DNA of 64,000 nucleotides from a virus (IMGVR_UViG_3300044625_000894:6641-70640); one strand, 5' to 3'; positions 27,799 through 37,380 are shown, counted from the first letter of the stretch. Notes: generated from the letters alone by a model not told the origin. Made by a program: numbers and translations.

Positions 27799-30123
27799 TT
27801 AAATTTTATTTAATACATAATCGTATTTATTAAAAAATCCTATAGGTGGCTCATTTGCATCTGTAAATAGATAAAATCCTGTTGTTAATTCGCTGTTTAT
27901 TGGATTCGCTACGTTGAATTTATCAAAATATGGATTTAAAATTCCGGAAAATTTTCCATCAACTAATTGTATGCAAAATTGAGAATCAATACTGCCGTCT
28001 TTATTTAATCGAACAAAATAATCTCGACCGCTTGCATATCCGTATCCTTGCCCTCTAAATGCTCCACCAATTAAAATTTTATAGTCAGTAGCGTCGTAAC
28101 CATTTTTTTGAACATATACACTATAAACTCCACCACCTTCTTCTTGGGCAGAAATAGGGTCAGAATCGTTATCTATTCCAATATTAATATCAATATTATT
28201 ATTAAAAGAATTAATTTCAGTTCCGTTAGGAGCTAATTTCATTAATGAAGTTGCTGATCCATAATTCATAAAATTGCCACCAACGATAATATTTGAATCC
28301 GGATCAACTACGATAGAATTTACAGTACCCATATTTAAGAATGCGTTTGGATCAAATACTTGTATATTATTTGAAAAATTTCTATTAACAATCGCAGATG
28401 ATGAAAATTTTGTAATATTTTTAAATAAATAATTTTGACAATAATAATTATCATTAGACGAACTATTGCTATATCCAAGATAAATACTGTTATCAATTTG
28501 ATCTATTGAAATATCAGATAATGCCGTATTCGATCCAAATTTTACCGGAGAAGTTATTACCATATTCACTGGTTGTGTTGCATTTTCAGAAAAAACAGCA
28601 ATTGATCCATTACTACCATAATTTTGGAATTGAATCATTCCTTGTTGCGCACCAAGAAATCCAACGCTAGGTTTAAATAATTCATTTACTTTTGTTGTAT
28701 AAGGTATAGAAAATTCACCAAAATCTAATGTAAATGTTCCTGCGGTTGTAATCGGTTTATCCACAGTTATTAACCAGCCATCATTTAAAGCCGGCCCATT
28801 ATAGTATGTAAAACTTACAATTTTTGCAGAAACTCCTACCCCAAATGGTCCAGCTGCTGTTGGATTTGATGGAAATATAGGTTTACCCTGTTGCAAAAAA
28901 AATCCATACATATTAAGAGGATCTGAAATATTTAATACATATGTAGAACTGTTTGTTGCTTGAAATGAAACTGCCCCAACTAACGCATTACTTAGTGTAG
29001 AATTTGTTATTGCATTTGATCCTACTTCAAATTTATAATATCTAACATTATCAAAAGTTTCAATTCCTTGATAATAATAAAGATAATTTCCGCTAACGCC
29101 ACTTATTGGTATTCCATTTGGAAAACCTGTACAAAATATCGTTTTACCGCCATATTTTTCATAACCGTAACTTCCATCATCTTCGGGTTCTAATGCAAAC
29201 CATATATAAGGTTGTCCACCAATAGTTTTACACATGGAATTAAAAAATCTATAACCATTAGTTGCAACTTGCGGTGATCCTACAGTGGTTGTTCCTGTAA
29301 ATTTATAATTTCCCGTTCCTTGTAAAATAGAATATGTTGTAGTGGAGGATACGTTATTACTTAATCTAATATAATTTACCGAAGATACCCTATAAAAATC
29401 TGTTATATAAGTTCCACTTGCAACAATACTAGCTCCTCCGGAAAGAGTTAAAGTTATTTCTGCACCTATAGATACCGGAGCAAAACTTCCGCTATAAGTT
29501 ATAATTGGAGAACCTGCTGTAGTTGTAACTAATGCTGCCCCGGTTTTTATACATGGACTATCTAAAACCGAATTAAATGTATTATCTGTAGTTCCGTCAG
29601 AATTTAATCGAATTAATCGACTTCTTCCCAGTCTTCCTTCATAATTTGAAAATGTTCCAATAAGAACTATTTTTCCATCAGATTGAATATCAAAACTAAT
29701 TATTTGAGAATTAAATTTATTTGGACCTTTTACATTATTTGAAAACGTTGTGTTTAATGTTCCATCAGCATTTAATAAAATTAAATAATCTTGATTTGTT
29801 ATTCCGGAATAATTAGTAAAATTTCCAGCAATCAATATTGATCCATCAGCACGTTGTTTAACTTTATTAATTGGTAGATTAAACTTTGCTCCATTAGATG
29901 CATTTGTTGTAAACTCATTATTAATTACGCCATCTTGTGTAACTTTAACTAAATAATTTCTACCAGTAATTCCTCCATAATTTGTGAAATTTCCAGCGAT
30001 AATTATTCCGCCATCATTAGTTTCCGCATATGTATTAATTTGACCGTATAATCCCAAAAGGAGATCATTCATCACATTTTGGGAAACATAATTCTGATCG
30101 CTAAATGAAAATAAAGAAGACAT
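27799..30123 (-). CDS. delta-60 (DUF5122-like) beta-propeller repeat protein, putative receptor-binding protein
   Basis: Repeats QSDGKIVLIGTFSNYEG...LIRLNSDGTTDNTF at the N- and C-termini. Confidence 0.7.
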   Translation of the reverse strand: MSSLFSFSDQNYVSQNVMNDLLLGLYGQINTYAETNDGGIIIAGNFTNYGGITGRNYLVKVTQDGVINNEFTTNASNGAKFNLPINKVKQRADGSILIAGNFTNYSGITNQDYLILLNADGTLNTTFSNNVKGPNKFNSQIISFDIQSDGKIVLIGTFSNYEGRLGRSRLIRLNSDGTTDNTFNSVLDSPCIKTGAALVTTTAGSPIITYSGSFAPVSIGAEITLTLSGGASIVASGTYITDFYRVSSVNYIRLSNNVSSTTTYSILQGTGNYKFTGTTTVGSPQVATNGYRFFNSMCKTIGGQPYIWFALEPEDDGSYGYEKYGGKTIFCTGFPNGIPISGVSGNYLYYYQGIETFDNVRYYKFEVGSNAITNSTLSNALVGAVSFQATNSSTYVLNISDPLNMYGFFLQQGKPIFPSNPTAAGPFGVGVSAKIVSFTYYNGPALNDGWLITVDKPITTAGTFTLDFGEFSIPYTTKVNELFKPSVGFLGAQQGMIQFQNYGSNGSIAVFSENATQPVNMVITSPVKFGSNTALSDISIDQIDNSIYLGYSNSSSNDNYYCQNYLFKNITKFSSSAIVNRNFSNNIQVFDPNAFLNMGTVNSIVVDPDSNIIVGGNFMNYGSATSLMKLAPNGTEINSFNNNIDINIGIDNDSDPISAQEEGGGVYSVYVQKNGYDATDYKILIGGAFRGQGYGYASGRDYFVRLNKDGSIDSQFCIQLVDGKFSGILNPYFDKFNVANPINSELTTGFYLFTDANEPPIGFFNKYDYVLNKI

Positions 30124-30124
30124 A

Positions 30125-31435
30125 TTAAGCCATATCCGAAATTACGGCAGCGTAAATTTTGCCGTTACTTTTTACAAACGTATAAACATTTTCTTTTCCG
30201 GGTTGAATAGTTACATTTAATATTCCTGAAACCAACACCGTAGGAAAAGCCACTGTAATATTAGATACTCCTGTATTTTTTAAGCAAACTGTAATAGTTT
30301 TTGCTGTAATTGTATTTGAAAATGTAAAAGTGCTATTTGAAGAAATTAATTTGTAAAATGTATCACCTAAAGTCCAGTCGATGTCTAATGCTGGAATTGC
30401 ATAATCTACAGGACTATATGGCGCTGGAGTTCCCCAAACATATTGAGAGCCAGTCCAAACTAATGTTGTACTTGGAGCAGGAGCTGTTCCCGGAAATATA
30501 ATGGAATATGGACTTGCTGTTGTATTTGCATACAATGAAATTGTTGATCCATTAGTTAAGGTTAATCCTGTAGAATCACTAAGAACTAACCCCGGATATG
30601 GGGAACTTAATGATGTGAATTTTCCAATTAGTGTTGCAGAATTTTCAGGAAAAAACTCGATAGTAGATGTTGATTTTAATTTTAAACTTGCAGAATCAAT
30701 ATATGTTCCATCAAAAACAATATTTTCAACTTCTACATTTTGACCTGTTCCAGACAGAATTTGCAATGGAGCAGAATTTGTTCCGTAGATTCTATTAATT
30801 ACCGGATCTGTTAATGTTTTATTTGTTAAAGTGTCTTGTGTATCTCTACATACAATTACGTCTGTTGCGTCAGGAATTGTAATTGTTCTATTAACTGTTT
30901 GAGAAGATAATAAAGTAGTTGACGTATTTGTTGTTCCAGATGCATCAAATTTTATTTTTTTACTAACATCTGAACTATCAACAATAGCTACAGAAGAATC
31001 TTCTAAATCTTTATTTTTTAATCTATTTATTCCTAATGACGGTTGCGTTTCTGTTACGATAAATGAATCTGTTTGTCCGTCATTAAAACTTATTTTACCA
31101 GAATCAGTTATAAATCCTGTACCGGTTATATCAATAGTGACAAGCACAGAAGGTCCGGGAACTGGAGCAACGGACGATAACTGAAATGTATTATCTGTTT
31201 TGTTTATTACATAATATATTGTATTTGTTAAAACTGAAGTAGTTCCGCTAATTTGAACAAATTCTACAGTATCTCCGTTTATTAAATTATGCCCGTATAA
31301 TGTAACGGTATTTGTTGGTTGCGAAAAAACGACAGAATTATATAATACCTGTAAATCACCAAGAACCAGATTTTCGTTTGTAAAATTTGGTACTAATCCG
31401 ATACCTTTTATAAAATTTTTATATTCTTTTGACAT
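30125..31435 (-). CDS. tail fibre-like protein
   Basis: HNLINGDTVEF domain, DTLTNKTL motif, beta-rich C-terminal domain. Confidence 0.65.
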   Translation of the reverse strand: MSKEYKNFIKGIGLVPNFTNENLVLGDLQVLYNSVVFSQPTNTVTLYGHNLINGDTVEFVQISGTTSVLTNTIYYVINKTDNTFQLSSVAPVPGPSVLVTIDITGTGFITDSGKISFNDGQTDSFIVTETQPSLGINRLKNKDLEDSSVAIVDSSDVSKKIKFDASGTTNTSTTLLSSQTVNRTITIPDATDVIVCRDTQDTLTNKTLTDPVINRIYGTNSAPLQILSGTGQNVEVENIVFDGTYIDSASLKLKSTSTIEFFPENSATLIGKFTSLSSPYPGLVLSDSTGLTLTNGSTISLYANTTASPYSIIFPGTAPAPSTTLVWTGSQYVWGTPAPYSPVDYAIPALDIDWTLGDTFYKLISSNSTFTFSNTITAKTITVCLKNTGVSNITVAFPTVLVSGILNVTIQPGKENVYTFVKSNGKIYAAVISDMA

Positions 31436-31446
31436 TTAAATTCTCA

Positions 31447-31959
31447 TTAAGTTAAACTAATTAATTCAGTTTTTGCTGACCAAGATATAGTACTTTTTAA
31501 CGTGTCAATATTTCCAGAAACATACTCAGTTTGTAATTCAATTTGATTTAATGCGTTTATAGAAAATTGATGATATGTTGATCCGTCAGAATTTTTATCT
31601 CCGGAAAATTCATCTTGTAACGTCCAAGTTGATAGCTCAAATGTTCCGGTTAAAACTCCAGATTCAACCACGGTTTTTTCTGAGGGAAGATCAGTATCAA
31701 ATAACCTATAAATGGTATAATCCAATACAAATTTACGAACAAAGGTTCCGTCGAATGTTGCACCGATTACAAATGTTGATGTCGGGTTAGAATTTTGCTG
31801 TAATTTAAAAACTGTCGGAGGATAGTCGTATGGATTTGCGAATGTTTTAAGCTGTAATGCGACAAGTTCGGCAAACTGAATAACCGCAGGACTCCATAAA
31901 GCATCACTACCGCTATTCGGAAAGTTTACAACATCTGTTCCAATCGTAATTTTAGGCAT
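31447..31959 (-). CDS. putative virion structural protein
   Basis: Beta-rich domain similar to ones inside 51555..55079. Confidence 0.6.
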   Translation of the reverse strand: MPKITIGTDVVNFPNSGSDALWSPAVIQFAELVALQLKTFANPYDYPPTVFKLQQNSNPTSTFVIGATFDGTFVRKFVLDYTIYRLFDTDLPSEKTVVESGVLTGTFELSTWTLQDEFSGDKNSDGSTYHQFSINALNQIELQTEYVSGNIDTLKSTISWSAKTELISLT

Positions 31960-32219
31960 TACTCTACATCCTCTTGTTTATCAGGTTTTATCGTCTTATT
32001 TTTTCTTAAAACGTATATCCCACCTAACGCAGCAACACCTGCCGCGTAATCAACACCGTTAAAATCCGACATTTTAATTTTATCCGTAAATTGTATTCCG
32101 GAAAATAACAGCTTGAAATTAATTATGAAAAATCCTGTAATAAATGCCGTTACCGTATATGAAGGTTTTTTAGTCTTAACGTCATTTACGATAAAAATTG
32201 ACAACATTTTATTAAACAT
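31959..32219 (-). CDS. two-TM membrane protein (holin candidate)
   Basis: Two hydrophobic helices and a basic/charged C-terminal tail, 86 aa. Confidence 0.5.
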   Translation of the reverse strand: MFNKMLSIFIVNDVKTKKPSYTVTAFITGFFIINFKLLFSGIQFTDKIKMSDFNGVDYAAGVAALGGIYVLRKNKTIKPDKQEDVE

Positions 32220-32233
32220 AATTACATCATTAC

Positions 32234-32243
32234 TAGTTGTTAA
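32234..32243 (-). promoter_or_regulatory. TTAACAACTA motif (putative late promoter)
   Basis: Immediately after a terminator; 14 nt before ATG 32219. Confidence 0.65.
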
Positions 32244-32280
32244 AATAAAACCTCAAGAATAAAATCCTTGAGGCTTTATT
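32244..32280 (-). terminator. intrinsic terminator (possibly bidirectional)
   Basis: GCCTCAAGGAT/ATTCTTGAGGT stem flanked by A/T runs. Confidence 0.75.
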
Positions 32281-32309
32281 TAAAGGAGGTATGTTTAGTA
32301 TAAATTGGC

Positions 32310-33140
32310 TTATTTAGGCTTATACCAACAATGAGGTCTTACTCCGATTTTATCGCCTTTTTCTTCAGCGCATGCCCCCGGAATTGGGCTATCACTTGAA
32401 AATTCTTCCGTGTACGGCATTCCACAAACTGCACCCGCAAAATAAGTATCTAAACGACATTGAGCCTTTGGATGAGCATTATTCGTTCTTGATACTTCAG
32501 TTTTATCCGGTGTTTCAAAACTAATAACTTTTGATGAACCAGACAAACTATTTAATACACTCGCAAGAGTATATCCAATCATTGAGCCTTTTTCACAAAT
32601 CTCAATCTCTTCTTGAGACTTATGTTGTAATGAACACTTCTCTGTCACAATCTTAGGAGCATTGATTGATTTATTTTTGCTGTATGTCATTCTTGGATAA
32701 CATTTAGATGTAGCATAATAATCAGATTGTCCTTCATTTGAAGCCCAGCCCTGTGCAGGGAATCCGCCCATGTGATGCCCTAATTCATGACACATAACCA
32801 TCATAAACGCTTCAGCATCCATACCCTTATATCGAGCAAGACCGCCAAATGCATTAATAACCCACTTGCTACCTTCAGTAGTGGTATTGGCATTAACGGT
32901 ATCATCAGTCCATCTGCGATTGATCTGAAGTTTATAACCTTTTTCTTTAACGAGAGGACTCATTACTTTTTCAAATTCAGAAAGAACATCATTAAATTCT
33001 TTCTCGGTAATTCCACCTTCATCTTCTTCTTGTAGTACAAAAGATGTCGGAACAAAATTACATAATTCTTTCGGCGTTTCAGTTGATACGCTAAAAAATG
33101 CTAAAAGTGCTGCTAAAGATACTAGTTTCATATACTTCAT
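32310..33140 (-). CDS. secreted Cys-rich zinc metalloprotease
   Basis: Signal peptide; HELGHHMGG and NEGQSDYY gluzincin motifs; multiple Cys. Confidence 0.8.
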   Translation of the reverse strand: MKYMKLVSLAALLAFFSVSTETPKELCNFVPTSFVLQEEDEGGITEKEFNDVLSEFEKVMSPLVKEKGYKLQINRRWTDDTVNANTTTEGSKWVINAFGGLARYKGMDAEAFMMVMCHELGHHMGGFPAQGWASNEGQSDYYATSKCYPRMTYSKNKSINAPKIVTEKCSLQHKSQEEIEICEKGSMIGYTLASVLNSLSGSSKVISFETPDKTEVSRTNNAHPKAQCRLDTYFAGAVCGMPYTEEFSSDSPIPGACAEEKGDKIGVRPHCWYKPK

Positions 33141-33210
33141 GTTTCTCTCCGTTTAATTACCAATTGTTTGTTGTCAGTAAAAAAATACAAAGAAACATAT
33201 AAATCAATAA

Positions 33211-33220
33211 TAGTTGTTAA
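33211..33220 (-). promoter_or_regulatory. TTAACAACTA motif (putative late promoter)
   Basis: Immediately after the capsid terminator; 70 nt before ATG 33140. Confidence 0.65.
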
Positions 33221-33223
33221 AAT

Positions 33224-33256
33224 AAAAAAAGGGAGCGAATCAGTGATCCGCTCCCT
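33224..33256 (-). terminator. intrinsic terminator after the major capsid gene
   Basis: AGGGAGCGGATC/GATTCGCTCCCT stem followed by a T run. Confidence 0.85.
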
Positions 33257-33279
33257 CTTAATTAATCATTAACTAGCTA

Positions 33280-34533
33280 TTAAGCTTGGTTAACAATGTT
33301 TTTAATCAATACGTTTTTACCCGGAGATGCACAGAAAATAGCTTGGTCAGTGTAGCAACGAAGCTCATAACCAGAAGCATTTTCGAGATCACGGAAGAAG
33401 CGGCCATCTGCACCCGGACGTTGGAAAGTAACGTCAGTAGAACCAACGCGTGCCCAGTCTTCAGCGTACAAGATGTAACCATAACCTTCTTTAACATAGA
33501 TAGAAGGAATGATTTCGATCTCACCGTTTTGAGAGTGGAACAAGAGAGATTCAGAACCGTTTTCTGCTTTTTGTTTAGAGTAAGAACCATCGTACTTACG
33601 AAGAGCAGCTTGGTCGTTCATCATGTTTGCCCATGCGCGAGGGTTAATCAACGCAGTTACTTTAGATTCCAAACCTTTTTCTACAGCGCGAGCGATAGAT
33701 TGATTGAGTTTAGAGAAAGAAAGCGCACCGTTTTGAGCATCGTACTCGTTACCTTTGAAAAGGTTGTAAGTAGCGGTGTCAATGTTGAAGAGAACACCAG
33801 AGGTAGTCAATACTTTGTGAATTCCAACGAATTCATTGCCGTATGCGCCTTTGTGCCAGATGATATCGTTACCAGCAGAGATACCAGCAGGAGCTGCATC
33901 AACGGTAACAGTTTTGTTTTCCATATCAACAGATACTACATTACAGTAACCACGGAGAGTACCGGTGTTGCTGCGGATTTCAAGTGGCATGTTTTCAGCA
34001 CCTGCCCAGATACCCGGAGCCCATTCAGAATCCTTAATAGGAAGAACGTTACCAGCTGCATAGGTAGATTTAACTACTGCGTAACCAACTTGACCGTAAA
34101 GCATTTCGATCTCAAGTTTTTTAACCATAGAACGAAGCATGTTACCAACTACAAATTTAGTTGCATCCATGAATGCTTGTGCGCCGCCTTGAGCTGCGCG
34201 GGAAGCTGCAGTGTAACCAAGGATAGAACGGAGAACCGCTGGGGAACCACGAACTTGTGCATCTTTGATTGCGCCAGAGATTGCTGGAAGGAGAGCGAAA
34301 GCATCGTCTTCGCTAGAAGCGAAAGTGATACCATGTTCCAAACCAAGAACTACTGGTTGGTGATAGAGGTTACCCGGTTGCTTATCTTTAGACATGAATT
34401 TAATCATGTTCAAGATTTTAACGCCATCCGGAATCAATTCTTTCATTTTATCCGCATATACTTCTTTGAACAAACCGTTCAAATTACCTACTGTATTATC
34501 CGGAGTACTAAATACGTTTGCTACATTTGACAT
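33280..34533 (-). CDS. major capsid protein
   Basis: 417 aa; follows the scaffold; strong codon bias; followed by a strong terminator; LNGLFKEVY N-terminus and ELRCY...CASPG C-terminus resemble podovirus HK97-fold capsids. Confidence 0.8.
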   Translation of the reverse strand: MSNVANVFSTPDNTVGNLNGLFKEVYADKMKELIPDGVKILNMIKFMSKDKQPGNLYHQPVVLGLEHGITFASSEDDAFALLPAISGAIKDAQVRGSPAVLRSILGYTAASRAAQGGAQAFMDATKFVVGNMLRSMVKKLEIEMLYGQVGYAVVKSTYAAGNVLPIKDSEWAPGIWAGAENMPLEIRSNTGTLRGYCNVVSVDMENKTVTVDAAPAGISAGNDIIWHKGAYGNEFVGIHKVLTTSGVLFNIDTATYNLFKGNEYDAQNGALSFSKLNQSIARAVEKGLESKVTALINPRAWANMMNDQAALRKYDGSYSKQKAENGSESLLFHSQNGEIEIIPSIYVKEGYGYILYAEDWARVGSTDVTFQRPGADGRFFRDLENASGYELRCYTDQAIFCASPGKNVLIKNIVNQA

Positions 34534-34568
34534 ATTATTTTATTTCCTTTGTTTTAATTATTTAATGA

Positions 34569-34865
34569 TTAAGCGAGAACGTACTTGACGATGATAGTAT
34601 CTTCATCAGCAAGGGCTGCACTCAATGTAAGAGTTACTTCGTTTCCGGAAATTGCAATGCCAGATTGAGCGATCATGTACAAACCTACAGAATCGTCACA
34701 AATAAGAGCAGCAAGTACTTCAACTACTGGTTCTTTAAAGTTAATGGTTACATCCAGACCGTCAACTGTTACCAATTGAGTGTCTGATTTTTTTACAACA
34801 AGTTCTTGTACTTTTAATTGTACAGCTTGAACTGTTGCGTCTTTTGGTTGATAAGAAATAGACAT
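34569..34865 (-). CDS. putative head decoration/accessory protein
   Basis: 98 aa beta-rich, between scaffold and capsid; AAGGAG SD. Confidence 0.55.
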   Translation of the reverse strand: MSISYQPKDATVQAVQLKVQELVVKKSDTQLVTVDGLDVTINFKEPVVEVLAALICDDSVGLYMIAQSGIAISGNEVTLTLSAALADEDTIIVKYVLA

Positions 34866-35010
34866 TTTAATGTCTCCTTTTATTGTTATTTTTGTTATTA
34901 GTTATGAAACGTTATTCACATTTCGGTTATTACTCATCTTTGAGGGTAGTGAAAGCATCCAAGTTGGGTAGCAATCCGTCCTATACGATGAAAAAAATTT
35001 TATACATCAA

Positions 35011-35020
35011 TAGTTGTTAA
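35011..35020 (-). promoter_or_regulatory. TTAACAACTA motif (putative late promoter of the capsid operon)
   Basis: Overlaps the scaffold TAA; 145 nt before ATG 34865. Confidence 0.65.
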
Positions 35021-35973
35021 AACCCGAAAAACTTCTTGTAATCAACTTTATCCATTGATTTTTGAGGCATTTTTCCTGAATTATTTGCAACTTCTTTGAT
35101 GCTAGCCTTTGCTGTAGCTGGAGTTACTGGATTAGTTTTAGCTTTAGCAATATTCTTTTTACGGAATCTTGTTAATACTTCTTTTCCAATAAATTCTTCT
35201 GCAGCATCTTCACCTAAAGAGTTGATGATAGTTTTAAGATCACCAAGTAATTCTTCACGAACAACCGGAAGAACATCTTTAGCACTAAGATCAATTCCTC
35301 GTTTAGACGCAGCAAGCATATATTCTGCCATCTTGCGAACTACATAAGGAGTTTTAGGAAGATCGCTTGATTCAAGGGCTTCAGACATTTGATTGTCAAT
35401 TCGTTCGTACTCAATTTGTTGAATACGTTCAAATTCTTGACGCTCATATTCTTCCTTTTCACGTTGACGAGCTTCTTTTTCTTTCTTCAGTTCTTCTTGC
35501 AATTCCATTGCTTGAAGCTGTTCCGGAGTAAGTTGTGCTTTTTTGATTTCTTCTTCGATTACTTGTGCAGCAAACTCTTTAGGATCAATTCCCATTTGCA
35601 TCAAATACTCTCTGGTATTTGTTTTCATGCCTTGGAAAAAGTGTTTAACTTGTTGTTCGTAGGTAGCTTTCTCTTGCATTGCGCGTTGAGCAGCTTTACC
35701 TAATTGAAGATTTTTCGTGAGGTATTCTACTACTTCAGGATCTTCTTCAATTTCAAATGGCAATTCTTCTTCAATTTCTTCGCCATGAACTTTAAGTTTA
35801 AGTTTGTTTAATCGTTTGATTTCTGCTTGTGTTTGAACAGAATTAGACTCTACTTCTTCAGTAGTATCAGAATCATGACTTTCTACTTGAGAGTCATTAA
35901 TCCCTTCGCTACCCACACTGAGGGCAGCATTATCCATAGGTGCAGCTGTAGCACCGCCTTGTGCTGTTGACAT
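35017..35973 (-). CDS. scaffolding protein
   Basis: Acidic N-terminus, KLKVHGEEIEEE motif, long E/Q/K coiled coil; upstream of the capsid gene. Confidence 0.75.
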   Translation of the reverse strand: MSTAQGGATAAPMDNAALSVGSEGINDSQVESHDSDTTEEVESNSVQTQAEIKRLNKLKLKVHGEEIEEELPFEIEEDPEVVEYLTKNLQLGKAAQRAMQEKATYEQQVKHFFQGMKTNTREYLMQMGIDPKEFAAQVIEEEIKKAQLTPEQLQAMELQEELKKEKEARQREKEEYERQEFERIQQIEYERIDNQMSEALESSDLPKTPYVVRKMAEYMLAASKRGIDLSAKDVLPVVREELLGDLKTIINSLGEDAAEEFIGKEVLTRFRKKNIAKAKTNPVTPATAKASIKEVANNSGKMPQKSMDKVDYKKFFGF

Positions 35974-36066
35974 ATTATTTCCTTTCAGTCGTCTTTATGA
36001 TGGACTGTATGGTATCTATCCGGCTATTCGGGTAAGATGTTATGTAAGATTAATAGCAATCAATAT

Positions 36067-36076
36067 AAGTTGTTAA
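36067..36076 (-). promoter_or_regulatory. TTAACAACTT motif (putative late promoter)
   Basis: 1 nt after the upstream stop; 93 nt before ATG 35973. Confidence 0.65.
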
Positions 36077-36077
36077 A

Positions 36078-36761
36078 CTAACGAGGATTTTTTTTGCCAG
36101 TTAACTCTAGTAAACGTTTAAATAATTCGCTTTCTTTTTCAGAAGCCTTATTTACACGTTCTTCTAGTGTCATGGGAGTTTGTGTTGTTTTTGGTGTGTA
36201 TTTAGATGTAGGAGGAATTCCTCTTAATTCTTCGGGAGTAATAACTCTACCGTAATCTTGAGGTTCATAATCAATGTGCTTAACTTCTCCCATTTTTTCT
36301 GGGGCCCCGGGCTTCTTTATAACCCCACCAATTTGTTCTATTTCTTCCGAAGGAGATTTAAGTAGTCCTCTAGTTTTATCAAATTTAAAATCGGTTTTTG
36401 GTTGTTTTTTAAAAGTGATATTAGCATCCTGAATAAGATCATTTATAAATTTAATTTTTCCGTATTCTTCCGGAGTGTCTTTATAAATATCTTTAAACTT
36501 GCCCATTGGAGATGCTCCAGCAAGTGGATTTTTTCCGATAGTTTTTTTAATGGTTCCCATCATTCCACCACCACCAGCAGAACCTGTACCCATTTCATTA
36601 GCAAATTTTAAATTACGAGCTAATTCTATTTTATCCCATTCTTCAGGATTATTTTGTTTTATATAATCATCCATAATAGACGGTTCAGCATAAGCTTCCA
36701 TCTCTTCAGGATTTTCCATAAAATGCGAGAATGTTTTAAAATAATTATTATTATTAGGCAT
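36078..36761 (-). CDS. hypothetical protein (possible internal head protein)
   Basis: ATG 36761; low-complexity; ends ELFKRLLELTGKKNPR. Confidence 0.6.
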   Translation of the reverse strand: MPNNNNYFKTFSHFMENPEEMEAYAEPSIMDDYIKQNNPEEWDKIELARNLKFANEMGTGSAGGGGMMGTIKKTIGKNPLAGASPMGKFKDIYKDTPEEYGKIKFINDLIQDANITFKKQPKTDFKFDKTRGLLKSPSEEIEQIGGVIKKPGAPEKMGEVKHIDYEPQDYGRVITPEELRGIPPTSKYTPKTTQTPMTLEERVNKASEKESELFKRLLELTGKKNPR

Positions 36762-36766
36762 AAACT

Positions 36767-36961
36767 TTAACCGCAATTACATTTATCTTTAGATTTACAG
36801 CCGCACTCTTCTTTTTTAATAATACGTTCTTGTTTCAACATTTCTTTTGTTGGTTTTTTTCCAGAACCTTTATTAGCGCGAATATTATCCCATAGACCTC
36901 GTTTGCTATAAGATCCATCAGCACGTTTAATAAGTTGTTTTTTTAATTTAGAAAATGCCAT
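36767..36961 (-). CDS. small basic phage protein
   Basis: GLWDNIRANKGSGKKPT core, Cys-rich tail. Confidence 0.65.
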   Translation of the reverse strand: MAFSKLKKQLIKRADGSYSKRGLWDNIRANKGSGKKPTKEMLKQERIIKKEECGCKSKDKCNCG

Positions 36962-36962
36962 A

Positions 36963-37379
36963 TTATTTCATTCTCTGTTTAATTTTATAACAACGCATTT
37001 CGCATTTATCTGCGATATTACCAATAAGTTGTTCTGTTCCCGGACTAACACCGGCAGCAATAATTTGTTTAATTAATGCTTTAAGTTTTTCATCCATCTT
37101 ATAAAGATAATCGTAATACATTTTATTATCTTGAACGTTAATGCTCGGAGCATCCATAAGTTTACTCATTGCACCGTTCAATACAGTTTGAAGTTCTAAC
37201 GACTGTTCACCATAAAGACCGATGATACGTTCAGCAACGCTATCGTAATCTCCAGTTAAATCTTGATATACATCGCCAAAAAATGCGTGGTCTGAATGGA
37301 ACGGAGTTCCTTTTACCAAATTGTGACAGCTGTGTGAAAACAACTGCATTGCTCTTAATAGATATAATAGTTCTTTCAT
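36963..37379 (-). CDS. Dps/ferritin-like protein
   Basis: HSCHNLVKGTPFHSDHAFFGDVY...DSVAERI matches the Dps ferroxidase pattern. Confidence 0.75.
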   Translation of the reverse strand: MKELLYLLRAMQLFSHSCHNLVKGTPFHSDHAFFGDVYQDLTGDYDSVAERIIGLYGEQSLELQTVLNGAMSKLMDAPSINVQDNKMYYDYLYKMDEKLKALIKQIIAAGVSPGTEQLIGNIADKCEMRCYKIKQRMK

Positions 37380-37380
37380 G

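Noticed and set aside
33286-34530. 414-aa antisense ORF over the capsid gene
   Set aside because: Exactly in register with the capsid codons; explained by avoidance of TTA/CTA/TCA; no SD or protein-like features
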